Positions 11,004-21,930 of a stretch of DNA of 64,000 bases are shown here, one piece after another. The position numbers and the translations under genes were made by a program. Within the stretch, counting starts at the first letter, position 1. Each line of letters opens with the position of its first letter. Origin of the DNA: Chiloscyllium plagiosum (taxonomy: Eukaryota); the NCBI RefSeq assembly GCF_004010195.1, contig NC_057718.1, forward strand, positions 103,153,276 to 103,217,275. Direction: 5' to 3'. The notes beneath the pieces were generated by a model that worked only from the letters and a program-made list of their open reading frames with translations, did no database searches and had not been told where the DNA came from.

Positions 11004-13414
11004 TGTGAGATTGATAGACTTGTGGACATTGATTTTAGACATTCACCTGCTCCTCCTTATGCCCTAATGTTCTACTAGAATCTGCCCTCACCTTGACATC
11101 TGACTAGGCTAAGATAAGTCAAGCTTGACAAGTTGTTGGGTGTAGAACCTCTTTACAATTGGTTGGCTGTAGCGTTCAGAAGGTTGCTGAGCTGACTGAT
11201 GTGCCAGGGGCAGGAACTGGCCGCCCATTAGGTGTCTATAATGCTTGCATTGGCAGAAGAAGCAAAACATCTGCAAAGTGCCATTTCCTCAGAGAGTCAT
11301 TCAACACAGAGTGGACTGCCGTCAGACAGTGAGAATAAAAAGGCATTTCATTGCTTAACGCATCTGAAATATTCAAAAAAACTCTTTATTATCCATTAAT
11401 TATTAAAACTAGCGAATAAAGTATTTTGAAATATCAGTCTTTAGATTTTCTCTCTTTTTTTAATAAAGCTCTTCAAAATGTAACCCTAACCCTAACCTCA
11501 TGGCTTATCAGGTCTGATTGGATAGTGGTTGCTCGATGTTATTTGGAACTGCTCTTAAAATTACTTGCAAGGTAATGTGTCATTTATGAGAATTTTTACA
11601 TCTCCCGGATCCAAGTGTAATTTTCTCACTTCAGCTCATTCAAGGCAAGTGCAATAATGATTTGTTACAGTCGGTCTCCAGTGTTAAGCAATTGTCTGTG
11701 GTAGCCGTCAGGTCTGTGACCTTTTAACCAGTAGGGGGTACACGAAGCATTGGCAACTGAAAATGAGATTGGCCTTGGGAGCCCTTCATTACAGCTGTAT
11801 TACAAAGCTCCACTAAAACAATGGAGATGCATGAGGAGGCTCATATTTCACTCCTTTTAGGCTTTCTTTCAGAAGACATGGGGCTTGCGTCCCTTGCTGT
11901 ACCAACCACGGAACTCCCACCTGTAATCCTGATGTATGTGCTACATATCCTAACGCCAAATCAGGGTCTTAAACCTTTAAAGAACTGATCAGCTTTGGCT
12001 GCCATTTTGGATGAAAATGGCACATCGGTAAGAAATTAAAAATTGCTGGCAGCATCAGGCACAGATGAACAGGGGAGAATGGGGGTGAAATAGGACCAAG
12101 AAGGGAAACTGGGGGCAAAATCAAATATTGTGGAAATTAAAGGTAGTAGAAGGGAGAAGTTGAATCCCATAGAAGAAGGCAAATCTTATTTTTATCAGCT
12201 TTTAAATTTATTGACAGTGACTTTATCTGTGTTTACAGATTTTCCTCTGGCTCTCTGTCATTGAGGATTGTACGTAAGCTGCATTTCTTGCTACTTTCAG
12301 TGCAGGACTATCAGATGTTTTCTTTACAGCTGCATCTCCATGAATAATATTTTCTGTTGCCTCTTCTCTCATTGTTAAGCACGTGCATTTGCAAACTAAA
12401 ATGCTGGCTAACTCACTCAATGTTAAATCTGTCGAACCAGCAGTTTGTGCACTCTAAATGTGAACATTTCACAAAGCTCAAATATCTGAGAGAATAACAG
12501 CCTGAGAAGCATGATGTTATGAGCTTGATTGTTCTTTTCAACTATGATACGCTCCCTGTTTCCAGACAGGATGGTGCTAATGACAGAACTAAAATCTTCT
12601 CTGAAAGTTGTTAATATTGGCAAAGGTTCAGTGATAGATATATGTTGTGTTTCAATTTTGCAAATAGATGATCATGCTATCTTGAAGAGAACAAGAGTGT
12701 TTTTACTTGTAATAAATCCATCTGGCCCCTTTTATTTGAAGATTGCAAACACCAACATGTTTTCTGAATTATCTTATTAATATCTTGGCCTCCCACCCCT
12801 CCCCGCCCCTCAACCACCCACTTACCACTAACTGCCAAATGCCCAGGCTCCTTTTGCTTGTAGCTAGTTAGACAATGCGCATTGTTAAGTGGTTTTGTGG
12901 TTAAAGAATGATCTGATGTTGCAAGACAATAGCCAAACTCCATATCCTAAGGTCAGATGAAAGTAAAGAAATGTCTGGTATTTCGTCACTCACAACCATA
13001 TTTCACTAACAAGAATTTGGCAATTACTCTTTTTCAAGCTCTCACATTGGTTTGAAGGTGAACCATTTCACAGATTACCTGGAACCAAGGACATATGAGA
13101 CAAGATATAGGAAAAGATATGTAGAGAAAGACTTATTTAAGGACTCCGTGTGTACCTTTCATCTCAGTCCCTATAACTTGTCACAAAAATGCAATCATCT
13201 GTTGATATTAACGTGTGCTTTATAGGTTCAAGTTCTTCAAAGAAACTATCATAAAAATTAAAGTTTGAGTTTTGGAGGTGTGTTTGCTGTCCCACTTGAC
13301 CCAACTGAAGATGTGAACTACAGCTGTGACCCAGAGCTACAAAACTCTTGTGTTTTATCTGTAGACCAGTGATCACCGTGCTTTCAATATTAATTATGGT
13401 TGGTACTGTAACTA

Positions 13415-13510
13415 TTCCAAAGAATCATGCTGGACTCAAAACATTAACCCTGTTTCTCTCTCTGCAGATGCTGCCAGACCTGCTGAGTTTCTCCAGTACT
13501 TTCTGCCTTC
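13415..13510 (+). mobile_element. Penelope-like 3' end, family B (degenerate)
   Basis: TGGACTCAAAACATTAACCCTGTTTCTCTCTCTGCAGATGCTGCCAGACCTGCTGAGTTTCTCCAG. Confidence 0.65.
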
Positions 13511-13689
13511 ATTTAACATTTTTTCAAATTTTCAAGGCAACATGCTAGTGAGGGTATCAGGTGCTGGGAGGTATACCTCAATCCCAAACAATTTAATATT
13601 GGTCTATTGGCAGGACAGTAATGAGTTGCAGAATCCCCAAAAAGGTTTACTACAGAATTTTCACTCCTCTGTTAAGATGCATTCACTTG

Positions 13690-13870
13690 ATCAGTGCCTT
13701 GTTTAAGGTAGTGATAGATAGGTTCTTGATTAGTAAGGGGGTCAAGGGGTTACGGGAAGAAGGCAGGAGAATAGGGTTGTGAAGCATATCAGCCATGATC
13801 GAATAGTGGAGCAGACCTGAGGGGCTAAATGGCCTAATTCTGTTCCTGCAATCTCATGGTATTATGGTCA
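13690..13870 (+). mobile_element. CR1 3' end
   Basis: GATAGATAGGTTCTTGATT..CAGCCATGATCGAATAGTGGAGCAGAC..GGGCTAAATGGCCTAATTCTG. Confidence 0.75.
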
Positions 13871-15137
13871 AATGGAACATTGCCAAGAAAAAAATGCAGA
13901 TAATACCCCTTTTAATTTTTGCATCAATTAACGCAGTGACTTTGCTTTGATAAAAGTGGATGTAATGGTAGATGGAATTCCACTGGCTTCTCCAGCTGTG
14001 CAGATATGAAGGTGTCACTGATCACACTAATGAGTCCCCTTTTTTTTTATGTGTAGAAACTCATTTTCCTGACTTTGGGACTCGCCATTTATGTAATGTC
14101 CTCACCTTCGATTCTTTCCTGAACGTATAGGGTTACAGTGAATGGTAACGATGGGGAGTGGGCAGCTGGCTTTGAACTCTGCTTGGACCTCCCCCGGTTG
14201 TGAGCTTAATGGTCTCTGTCTAGATGCAACATCCACTAACCAGCTCCCCATGCCACCTCCACCCTGCCTGCCAAGGCTGAGTTAACCTAGTGAAAACAAC
14301 TAGCCGTAAAGGGTAACACTTATGGATGCTTTACTGAAATATGTCCTTCAATTCTCTTCACTAGAAGACAAACAATTATCTTCACTGAAAGATAAAAGAG
14401 AAATGTTTAATCTCCGGGCTGGTGTTAGATATGCAGATAAATCATCCTGGATATTCAGGAAACACTGGGACTCATTAATGCTTCAGATCTAACAATATTT
14501 AACCATTCCAATAATTCACTTGTGACACAAATTTTGTTTTATTTTATCAGTGTCCATTTAAATGCAATCTATTCATTACATTGATCAAACTGTGGTCAAC
14601 CATCTGGTTTGGCTCATGTCAAATTAGCCTTACTGGTCAAAGCAGGCATTATACCAACCGACCTAAAACCTTCAGCTCTATGTGGCTCTCAGACAAATTA
14701 TTAACAGTTATAAGAGGTTTGGAGATCTTTTGGCAAACAATTGTTTCATAAGCTCTGTGTAGCTAAGTGCCAACTATGGCTCAATGGGCAGCACTCGAGC
14801 CTGTGAGTCAGCAATGCTGTAGATTTAAGTTCTAATCCAGGGCCTGACACTCCAGTGTAGTACTGAGGGGGTGTTGTCCTTCATCTGGATTTTAAACCAA
14901 GTTATCCCCTCTCAGGCTGATGTAAAACTTCACCTGGTCACTATTTTGAGTGAAAGCAGAGGGGGTCTGTTCCAGGGTCAATATGTATCCCTCAGCCAAA
15001 AGCACAAAGTGGATGATCTAGTCCTTATCGCATTGTTATTTTATGGGATCAAACTATCTGCAGTTTGGCTTCCATATTTTCCTCCTTACAAACGCAAATG
15101 TGTAATTTAATTGGTTGTAAAGGGTTTTATGGAAGGC

Positions 15138-15321
15138 GAAACTTTATTGCTGGAACAGCACAGCAGGTCAGGCAGCATCCAGGGAACAGGAGATTCAACG
15201 TTTCGGGCACAGGCCCTTCTTCAGGAATCTCCTGTTCCCTGGATGCTGCCTGACCTGCTGTGCTGTTCCAGCAATAAAGTTTCAACTTTGATCTCCAGCA
15301 TCTGCAGACCTCACTTTCTCC
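15138..15321. mobile_element. Fold-back PLE family A cassette
   Basis: Perfect 59-bp inverted arms 15138-15196 / 15225-15283; perfect 13-bp TSD TTTTATGGAAGGC at 15125-15137 / 15322-15334. Confidence 0.9.
15197..15224 (-). ncRNA. Minimal hammerhead ribozyme core closed by a 59-bp helix I
   Basis: Minus strand reads CUGAAGA(A)-GGGC CUGU GCCC-GAAAC-GUU, exactly filling the spacer between the arms. Confidence 0.7.
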
Positions 15322-15424
15322 TTTTATGGAAGGCCCCAAGGTATGAAAAGTGCTACATAAATGCAGTTCTTTCTTTCAGTAATATTTTTGCAAATGAAAA
15401 TGATTAACAGACATGACATCTTCC

Positions 15425-15545
15425 AGTTTGAACTGAACCGTTAACTCTAACTTCTCTTCACAGATGCTGCCAGACCTGCTGAGATTTTCCAGCAATTTCT
15501 GTTTTTGTTTCTGATTTACAGCATCTGCAGTTTTTTGTTTTTATG
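15425..15545 (+). mobile_element. Penelope-like 3' end, family B
   Basis: GAACCGTTAACTCT..CACAGATGCTGCCAGACCTGCTGAGATTTTCCAGCAATTTCTGTTTTTGTTTC. Confidence 0.65.
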
Positions 15546-15679
15546 ATATCTTCCATGCTGAAAGTAGGTTTGCTCTCTGAGCTGCAAGATTCAGTTTCAG
15601 ATGTTTCATCACCATACTAGGTAACATCATCAATGAGCCTCCAGTGAAGCACTGGTGTTAGTGACCCGCTTTCTAGTTA

Positions 15680-17224
15680 CAGTGGAAACCTGATTATCAG
15701 AACGAGATGGGCAGGCACTATTTGGTTTGTATAATCAATTATTTGGAAAATCTATTAAATGCCTTTCCTCTGGGGCTCGGAGTTTTAAAGTCTGCTCCCC
15801 GTTCTGGGGTGCGCGCAAGCCCCCACCCTCAACACCACTCCCCACCAGCCCCAGTCCAGCACCGCCCCCCCAAACCAGTCCAACCCCTGCTGCCCGCTCC
15901 CCAACCTGGTCCAACCCCGCACTCAAGCACAATGCGTGCGAGTCCAACCCCGCCCCCAACACAGTCCACTGCCAAACTCCGCCCACCCCTAGGGCAGCCA
16001 CACTGTACACCAAGACTGCTGCAGTTGTCTTTGTGGGGTAAGTCTCCAAATACCACACACAGAGCCACAGCTACACACACACAAAACTTCTTACAGCAAA
16101 TGTTTAACAGATTCCACGTTTGTACAGGGGAACCTCGATTATTCAAATACCAATTATCCGAAAATCGGATTATCTGAAGGAGATTTCGAGGTCCCGATAG
16201 AAACATTACATCAAAGACGTGTTTCCAACAGTGATCGTGTCTTTTTTTTACAGTGATTAAACAGGCACTGTCTCCAAATGACTGACCTCCCGCCCTCTCT
16301 CGACCCCACCCATTCCCTGTGGTTCTAGAGGGATGTACCCTCCTTCCCAAGATAATCTCTCCCACATTGTCCTGTGCAGGGTAAACGTGGAACCTGTCAA
16401 AAATTTGCAGTAAGAAGGTGTGTGTGTGTGGCTGTGGCTGTGGGTGTGCTATTTGGGGACTTACCCCACAGAGGCAACAGCAGCAGTCTTGTTGTTGGTG
16501 TGCAGTCCAGATACCCCCGAGAGGGGTTGGGGGTGGATGTGGGGTGGTCGGCAGGGGGCTGTGTTGGATGGAGGGGCTCGCGCGCTTTGTGCTGGGGGAG
16601 CGGGGGTTGGTTGNNNNNNNNNNNNNNNNNNNNNNNNNNNNNNNNNNNNNNNNNNNNNNNNNNNNNNNNNNNNNNNNNNNNNNNNNNNNNNNNNNNNNNN
16701 NNNNNNNNNNNNNNNNNNNNNNNNNNNNNNNNNNNNNNNNNNNNNNNNNNNNNNNNNNNNNNNNNNNNNNNNNNNNNNNNNNNNNNNNNNNNNNNNNNNN
16801 NNNNNNNNNNNNNNNNNNNNNNNNNNNNNNNNNNNNNNNNNNNNNNNNNNNNNNNNNNNNNNNNNNNNNNNNNNNNNNNNNNNNNNNNNNNNNNNNNNNN
16901 NNNNNNNNNNNNNNNNNNNNNNNNNNNNNNNNNNNNNNNNNNNNNNNNNNNNNNNNNNNNNNTGGGGGACAGGGTTGGACGGGGTTGTGGAGCGGGGGGG
17001 GGCGGGGTTGGATGGGGCTGGGAGGTGGGGTAGGACTGGATTGGGGGGGCGGTGTTGGGGGCTGGGGCCTCGTGCGCTGGGTGTTGCTGCAGTCTCCTGA
17101 ACGGGGAGCAGAATTTAAAAACTCCGAGCCCCAGAGGAAAGGCATTTAATCGATTAACCAAATAATCGATTATCCGAACGAAATAGTGCCCGCCCATCTC
17201 GTTCAGATAATCGAGTTTCCACTG
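15680..17224. mobile_element. Non-autonomous Tc1/mariner-pogo (Tigger-like) fold-back DNA transposon
   Basis: TA|CAGTGGAAACCTGATTATC ... GATAATCGAGTTTCCACTG|TA. 15680-16122 is an inverted, diverged copy of about 16380-17224. No transposase ORF is visible. Confidence 0.85.
16614..16962. other. Assembly gap (349 N) in a G-rich low-complexity tract
   Basis: Run of N. Confidence 1.
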
Positions 17225-18157
17225 TATGTGTTTAGGTTTCTTGGGTTGGTGATGTCATTTCCTGTGGTGACATCAGTTCCTGTAGTAATGTAATTTCTTG
17301 TTCTTTTTCTCAGAGGGTGATAAATGGGGTGGTAAGTTGATATGTTTGTTGATAGAGTTCTGTTTGGAATACCATGCTTCTAGGAATTCTCGTGCTTGTC
17401 TCTGTTTGACTTGCCCTAGGATGGATGTGTTGTCCCAGTCGAAGTGATGCACATTAAATATACGTCCCTGTGAACAAATTGGGGAAATGCCACTTTATGG
17501 TATTTGATGTAAAGCATTGCAGGGATAATTTTAATTTCTGGCAAAGGTGTAGAACAAGTGGTAAATGCTCTGGTTGTTTGTTCTCGCAGAGTGATACTTT
17601 AGTTTGTGATCATTCCAGCTGGTTGAACAATGTATGCTCAGGGTTAGAGCTGTCCTTTCAGACTGTCTGCATGGGACCTACTCAGTCGGGCAAATTCAAA
17701 AAAAACTGGATCAATTGCTTCTGAGTAAGATTGAAAGAAGTTCAATCTGTGCTTGATTACTCAGTACACTTGAGGGCAACCTCATTTTACCTTGAGAAAC
17801 CAGTCTGGGAGAAATTAAACATCAACTTCAAGCAAATGGATTTTAATTCTTCAAATATTTTAAAGCCTTGCTGGTACACAAGACTCTGCTACTTTTCAAA
17901 AACTTGCGTCTACTACTAGGAACCATCATGGTTAAACTGGTAGGATTTAGTGTCTCTTTGTATTTTATGTTTAAGTTATGAAATAAATTATTATTAGCAT
18001 TTTCTTTGCCTGAACAGATACTGCCAAATTGTGCAGGGATTCCTTTGCCTCCTGTTTTAATTCCAGGTTAATGGTTCCACAAGCAGGGAGGAAAAAAATA
18101 TCATTCAACCGTATTTGACATTATATGGCTAGTTCAAGGCCATTTTATCACTGATCG

Positions 18158-18635
18158 AAACATAGGAGCAGGAGGAGGCCATTCAGCCCTTCCAGCCAGC
18201 CCCACCATTCATCACAATCATGGCTGATCGTCCAACTCAATAACCTAATCCTGCTTTCTCCCCATTACCTTTGATCCCATTCACCCCAAGTGCTACATCT
18301 AGCCGCCTCTTGAATACATTCAATGTTTTGGCGTCAGTTACTTCCTGTGGTAATGAATCCCAGAGACTCCCCACTCTCTGGGTGAAGAAATGTCTCCTCA
18401 TCTCTGTCCTAAATGGTCTTCCCTGAATCCTCAGACTGTGACCCCCTAGTTCTGGACTCATCCACCAATGGGAACATCCTCCCTGCATTTACCCTGTCAG
18501 GTCCTGTTGGAATTTATAAATCTCTATGAGATCCCCTTCTCACTCATCTGAACCCCAGTGAAAACAATCCTAACCAAGTCAATCTCTCCTCATATGTCAG
18601 TCCCACCATCCCCGGAATCAGCCGGGGGAACCTAT
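18158..18635 (-). mobile_element. CR1 LINE 3' fragment
   Basis: ORF 18237-18488(-) GHSLRIQGRPFRTEMRRHFFTQRVGSLWDSLPQ. Confidence 0.9.
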
Positions 18636-18852
18636 GGCATCTGGTTAATGGGAATAAAGTCATAATATAATCACACTTTTTTGAAGTTCCCAAATCAGTA
18701 AATAACTTGCACCTAAAATTCCCAGTCAGTGTAAATATATGCCTAAAATGACTTAATAACTGGGGGTAAGATAAGCATGCTATAGAAGGGGAAACTGAGA
18801 GCTGTAGTAATTAAGATGGTCTTTGGGAAGATTTATAGATGTTTGATCTGTT

Positions 18853-19310
18853 ATGGGAAGGATGTGATAACAATGGAGAGGGTGCAGAGGTGATTCATCA
18901 GGATGTTGCCTGGACTATGAAGCTTAAGGCTGTTTTCCATAGAGCAAAGTAGGCTGTGAAAAGATCTGAGTGAGGTACGCACAGTTCTGATGAGCATAGA
19001 TAGACAGAAACCTTTCCCTTTGGAGGGGTCAATAGCCAAAGGGCACCGTTTTAAGGTAAGGAGCAGGATGTTTAGAGGGGATTTGAGGGGAAAAAAATGA
19101 AATCACCCAGGGGACTGTGGGTCTCTGGGACTCACTCCCGAAAGGCATGGTAGAGACAGGAACCCTGAAGACATTGAAGAGCTTCTTGAAGAAGCATCAC
19201 ATCCAAGACAATGGGCCAAGGAGTGGAAAATGGGTTTTGAATAGGTGGATGTTTGATGACTGGCACAGATGCAATGGGCTTTGTTGCATCCTGTAAAATC
19301 TCCATGACTC
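18853..19310 (+). mobile_element. CR1 LINE 3' fragment (degenerate)
   Basis: GGAAGGATGTG..GGAGAGGGTGCAGAGGTGATTCATCAGGATGTTGCCTGG..GGGCACCGTTTTAAGGT. Confidence 0.8.
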
Positions 19311-19489
19311 TAAGGGGACCTGTATTCCAGTGAATAGATTGAACTTGAAATGCTGTTTGACTGAGTGTGAGGAGAAACTCCGTAATCTCACTGGGTAATA
19401 ACAGCACAAAGAATGAAATGCATGGCCATTGCTGTAGAAATACAAGAGGGGAAACTTGCTCTGAATTCTGTTTGCTACCATTCATTGAA

Positions 19490-19945
19490 AAATAGGAGGA
19501 GTAGCCACTCATCCCTTTGAGATTGCTCTGTCTTTCAACACAAGCATGGCTGATCATCCAACTCAGTGCCCTCCTCCCGCAATTCCCCCATTACTTTGTC
19601 TCTTTAACCCTCAGAGCTAATCTAACACCTTCTTAAAAACATTCAGTGTTTTAGCCTCTGCTAGTTTCCGTGGTAGAGAATTCCAGTGGCTCCCCACCCA
19701 CTCTGGGTGAAGAGGTTCTCTTCATCGAAGTCCTTAAAGACCTACCCCATTTCCTTAGACTGTGATCCCTGGTTCTGAACTTGGACAGTCACCAAGAACA
19801 TACTTCCTGGGTTTACCTTGTCTCGTGCTGTTAGAATTTTTTAGGTCACTTTGAGATGCACCCCATTATTCTTCTAAACTCCAGTGAATCTGGTCTGAAT
19901 CAATCCAGTCTCTCTTCGTAGGTCAGTCCTGCTATCCTAGGAATC
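19490..19945 (-). mobile_element. CR1 LINE 3' fragment
   Basis: Paralogous to 18158-18635 (CATGGCTGATCATCCAACTCA..CTCTGGGTGAAGA..AGACTGTGA..GTCAGTCC). Confidence 0.8.
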
Positions 19946-20324
19946 AGGACTTTCGGTTGAGCTTATACTTAGATTGGAAACTAATTCTTCCTGTCTGAAA
20001 AACAATGACTGCTGCATGATTTTTCTGGATAATCACTCCTGGTACCTTCTTGTATTTATCATTTCTGTACACTGTGCTTGAATAACTTACTGCCACCAGT
20101 ACTCTGTTATCTTTGCTTTTGTTGTGATCTGATGCGGCATTTCAAGAAGATATTTTCTCTGGGGCAGTTAAGGATGGGTAATAAATGCTGACCTAGCCAG
20201 CAATGCCCTCTTCCTGTGAATGAATAAAAAAGAATCTAATGTTTAAGGTACACCACCGTAAAGTATCTCCAGAGGGGACACTGTTCTTTGACAATGAGCG
20301 GTTTTTTATGTTGATGGTAATAAT

Positions 20325-20642
20325 TCATAGAATCCCCATAGTGTGAAAGCAGGCCATTCAGCCCATCAAGTCCCCACTGACTGTCTGAAGAGCATTCCAC
20401 CCAGACCCACCCCATCTCTATAACCCTGCATTTCCCAATGCTAACCCACCTAACTTGCACATCCCTGAACACTTTGGCAAGTTAGCATGGCCAATCCACT
20501 TAATCTGCACATCTTTGGACTGTGGGAGGAAACCCACACGCAGAGGGAGAAAATGTCAACTCCATACTGTCAGTCGCCCAAGGCTGGAATAGACCTTGGG
20601 ACCCTGGTGCTGCAAGGCAGTAGTGCTAACCACTGAGCTACC
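20325..20642 (-). mobile_element. HE1-like V-SINE
   Basis: GGCCATTCAGCCC..AGCATGGCCAATCCAC..GGACTGTGGGAGGAAACC..GTGCTAACCACTGAGC. Confidence 0.85.
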
Positions 20643-20969
20643 CAAAAAAGCCAATGACTCTCAGCCATGCCTTCTATGAGGCTGGATGGAACTCAGGACA
20701 TGAGACTGACACACTGTGTACTGTGCTAAGAAGGTATCACTGCAATCCCATTTGGTCAGACATCATTACTAGGAGCTCAGGGAGCTGAGAAAGCTGGAGG
20801 GGAGCACCTTCTCTCCAGCCACAGACTCTGTACGACATGAACATTAACCCCTTCAGAGCCAGCTTCATGATTAATTGGTGCATTAGGTAATGAATACTGA
20901 ATAAACAATTAATAATCACTTCAGCAGTACAGCTACTTTAATGTCACAACGAAGGAAAGGAAGGTGATT

Positions 20970-21295
20970 GTGTCATGGTAATGTCCCTAATCTAGTAATC
21001 CAAAACCCACCTTGTCACATTAATATTCCAGGCACAGGGGTTTGAATACCACCAGGTCAAATAGTGAAAATTGAATTCAATAAAATTTGGAATTAAAAAG
21101 CTAGTTTGTTTTTTTTAGTAAATCCCATCTAATTCACTAATGTCCTTTTAGAGAGAGAAATCGGCCCCCTTGCCCAGTCTGATCTACATGTAACTCCAGA
21201 CCCACGGCAATGTGATTGACTTTTCACTTCCCACTGGGCAATAAATGCTGGCCTAACCAATGATGCCCACATCCCAAGAACACACTTTAAAAAAA
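20970..21295 (+). mobile_element. tRNA-derived SINE with CR1/L2-type tail
   Basis: TGGTAATGTC..CTAGTAATCCA..GGGTTTGAATACCACC..CCCATCT..TTCACTAATGTCC..CTCCAGACCCAC.GCAATGTG..GGCAATAAATGCTGGCC. Confidence 0.75.
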
Positions 21296-21454
21296 ATCTC
21301 CTTTCAACATTGTCTACACTTTAAAAGGTAATGTAATTTATTGTAAAGCATTTGAGAAATCTTGAGGTTATGCAGGGTGCTATATAAATGCAAGTGATTT
21401 CTTTTTTCTAACAAAACTAACCACTTTAGACGAGAGATACCGAAGGTGATTTAA

Positions 21455-21550
21455 CAGCAACAGAAACTGCTGGAGAAACTGAGCTGTTCTGGCAGCATCT
21501 GTGGAGAGAAAGCAGAGTTAGCATTTTGAGTCCATGACCCCCTTCTTCAC
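21455..21550 (-). mobile_element. Penelope-like 3' end, family B
   Basis: GCTGGAGAAACT..GGCAGCATCTGTGGAGAGAAAGCAGAGTTA..TGACCCCCTTCTTCA. Confidence 0.65.
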
Positions 21551-21639
21551 ATTTCATAAATACACAGTGTAAATAAATAGTTTGAAGAAATATCTGGTTT
21601 AAGCTGATCAGCACAGAGAATGCCAGAGAATCCCTGCCT

Positions 21640-21740
21640 AAGGAACGATGTTGTGAAACTTGAAAGGGTTCAGAAAAGAGTGGGAAGGATGTTGCCAGGG
21701 TTGGAGGGTTTGAGAATAAGGAGCAGCTGAATAGACTGGG
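21640..21740 (+). mobile_element. CR1 internal fragment
   Basis: GATGTTGTGAAACTTGAAAGGGTTCAGAAAAGA..AGGATGTTGCCAGGGTTGGAGGG (DVVKLERVQKR..RMLPGL). Confidence 0.75.
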
Positions 21741-21930
21741 GTTTAGCTCAGTTGGTTGGTGTGTGACACAGAGTAATGCCAACTGTTTGGGTTCACCAGG
21801 GAGGACTCTCCTTCTGAACCTCTCCCATGGCCTGAGGAGCAGTGATCCTTCAGTTAAGCCAGCACCAATAACCTCCCTCTGATGAGCAGGTTATCGTATG
21901 TGTTGGTAGACTATGGTGACTTTACTTTAA
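21738..21930 (+). mobile_element. Short tRNA-derived SINE (third family)
   Basis: TTAGCTCAGTTGG A-box head and GACTATGGTGACTTTACTTT tail; related copies at 31661-31865(+), 33090-33280(-) and 34180-34265(-). Confidence 0.6.

Larger units (their letters stand above)
14775..15377 (+). mobile_element. Deu-domain (SacSINE1-like) SINE, interrupted at 15138-15321
   Basis: TGGCTCAATGGGCAGCACTC..GAGTCAG head; CTGACACTCCAGTGTAGTACTGAGGG; CCCTCTCAGG.TGATGTAAAA..CACTATTT..GCAGAGGG..CAATAT.TATCCCTCA (Deu-like); tail GTGCTACATAAATGCAGTTCTTTCTTT. Confidence 0.7.
15555..17450 (-). mobile_element. Penelope/Poseidon-like 3' end (family E), split by a DNA transposon
   Basis: 17340-17450(-) translates HHFDWDNTSILGQVKQRQAREFLEAWYSKQNSINKHI (GIY-YIG C-terminus). 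15598-15635(-) TTGATGA-TGTTACC TAGTAT GGTGAT-GAAACATC is a decayed hammerhead. Confidence 0.75.

Noticed and set aside
11481..11497. TAACCCTAACCCTAACC telomere-like repeat
   Set aside because: Under three units; too short to call an interstitial telomeric site.
12239..12273. Possible 35-nt micro-exon (tttacag|...|gtaagc)
   Set aside because: Splice-like words are common; there is no recognisable peptide and no partner exons.
15829..17197. Long ORFs (219-438 aa) and similar ones at 7403-7917 and 30099-30816
   Set aside because: They are open only because they cross N gaps or G/C low-complexity tracts. Only the PLE part of 7405-7620 has protein signal.
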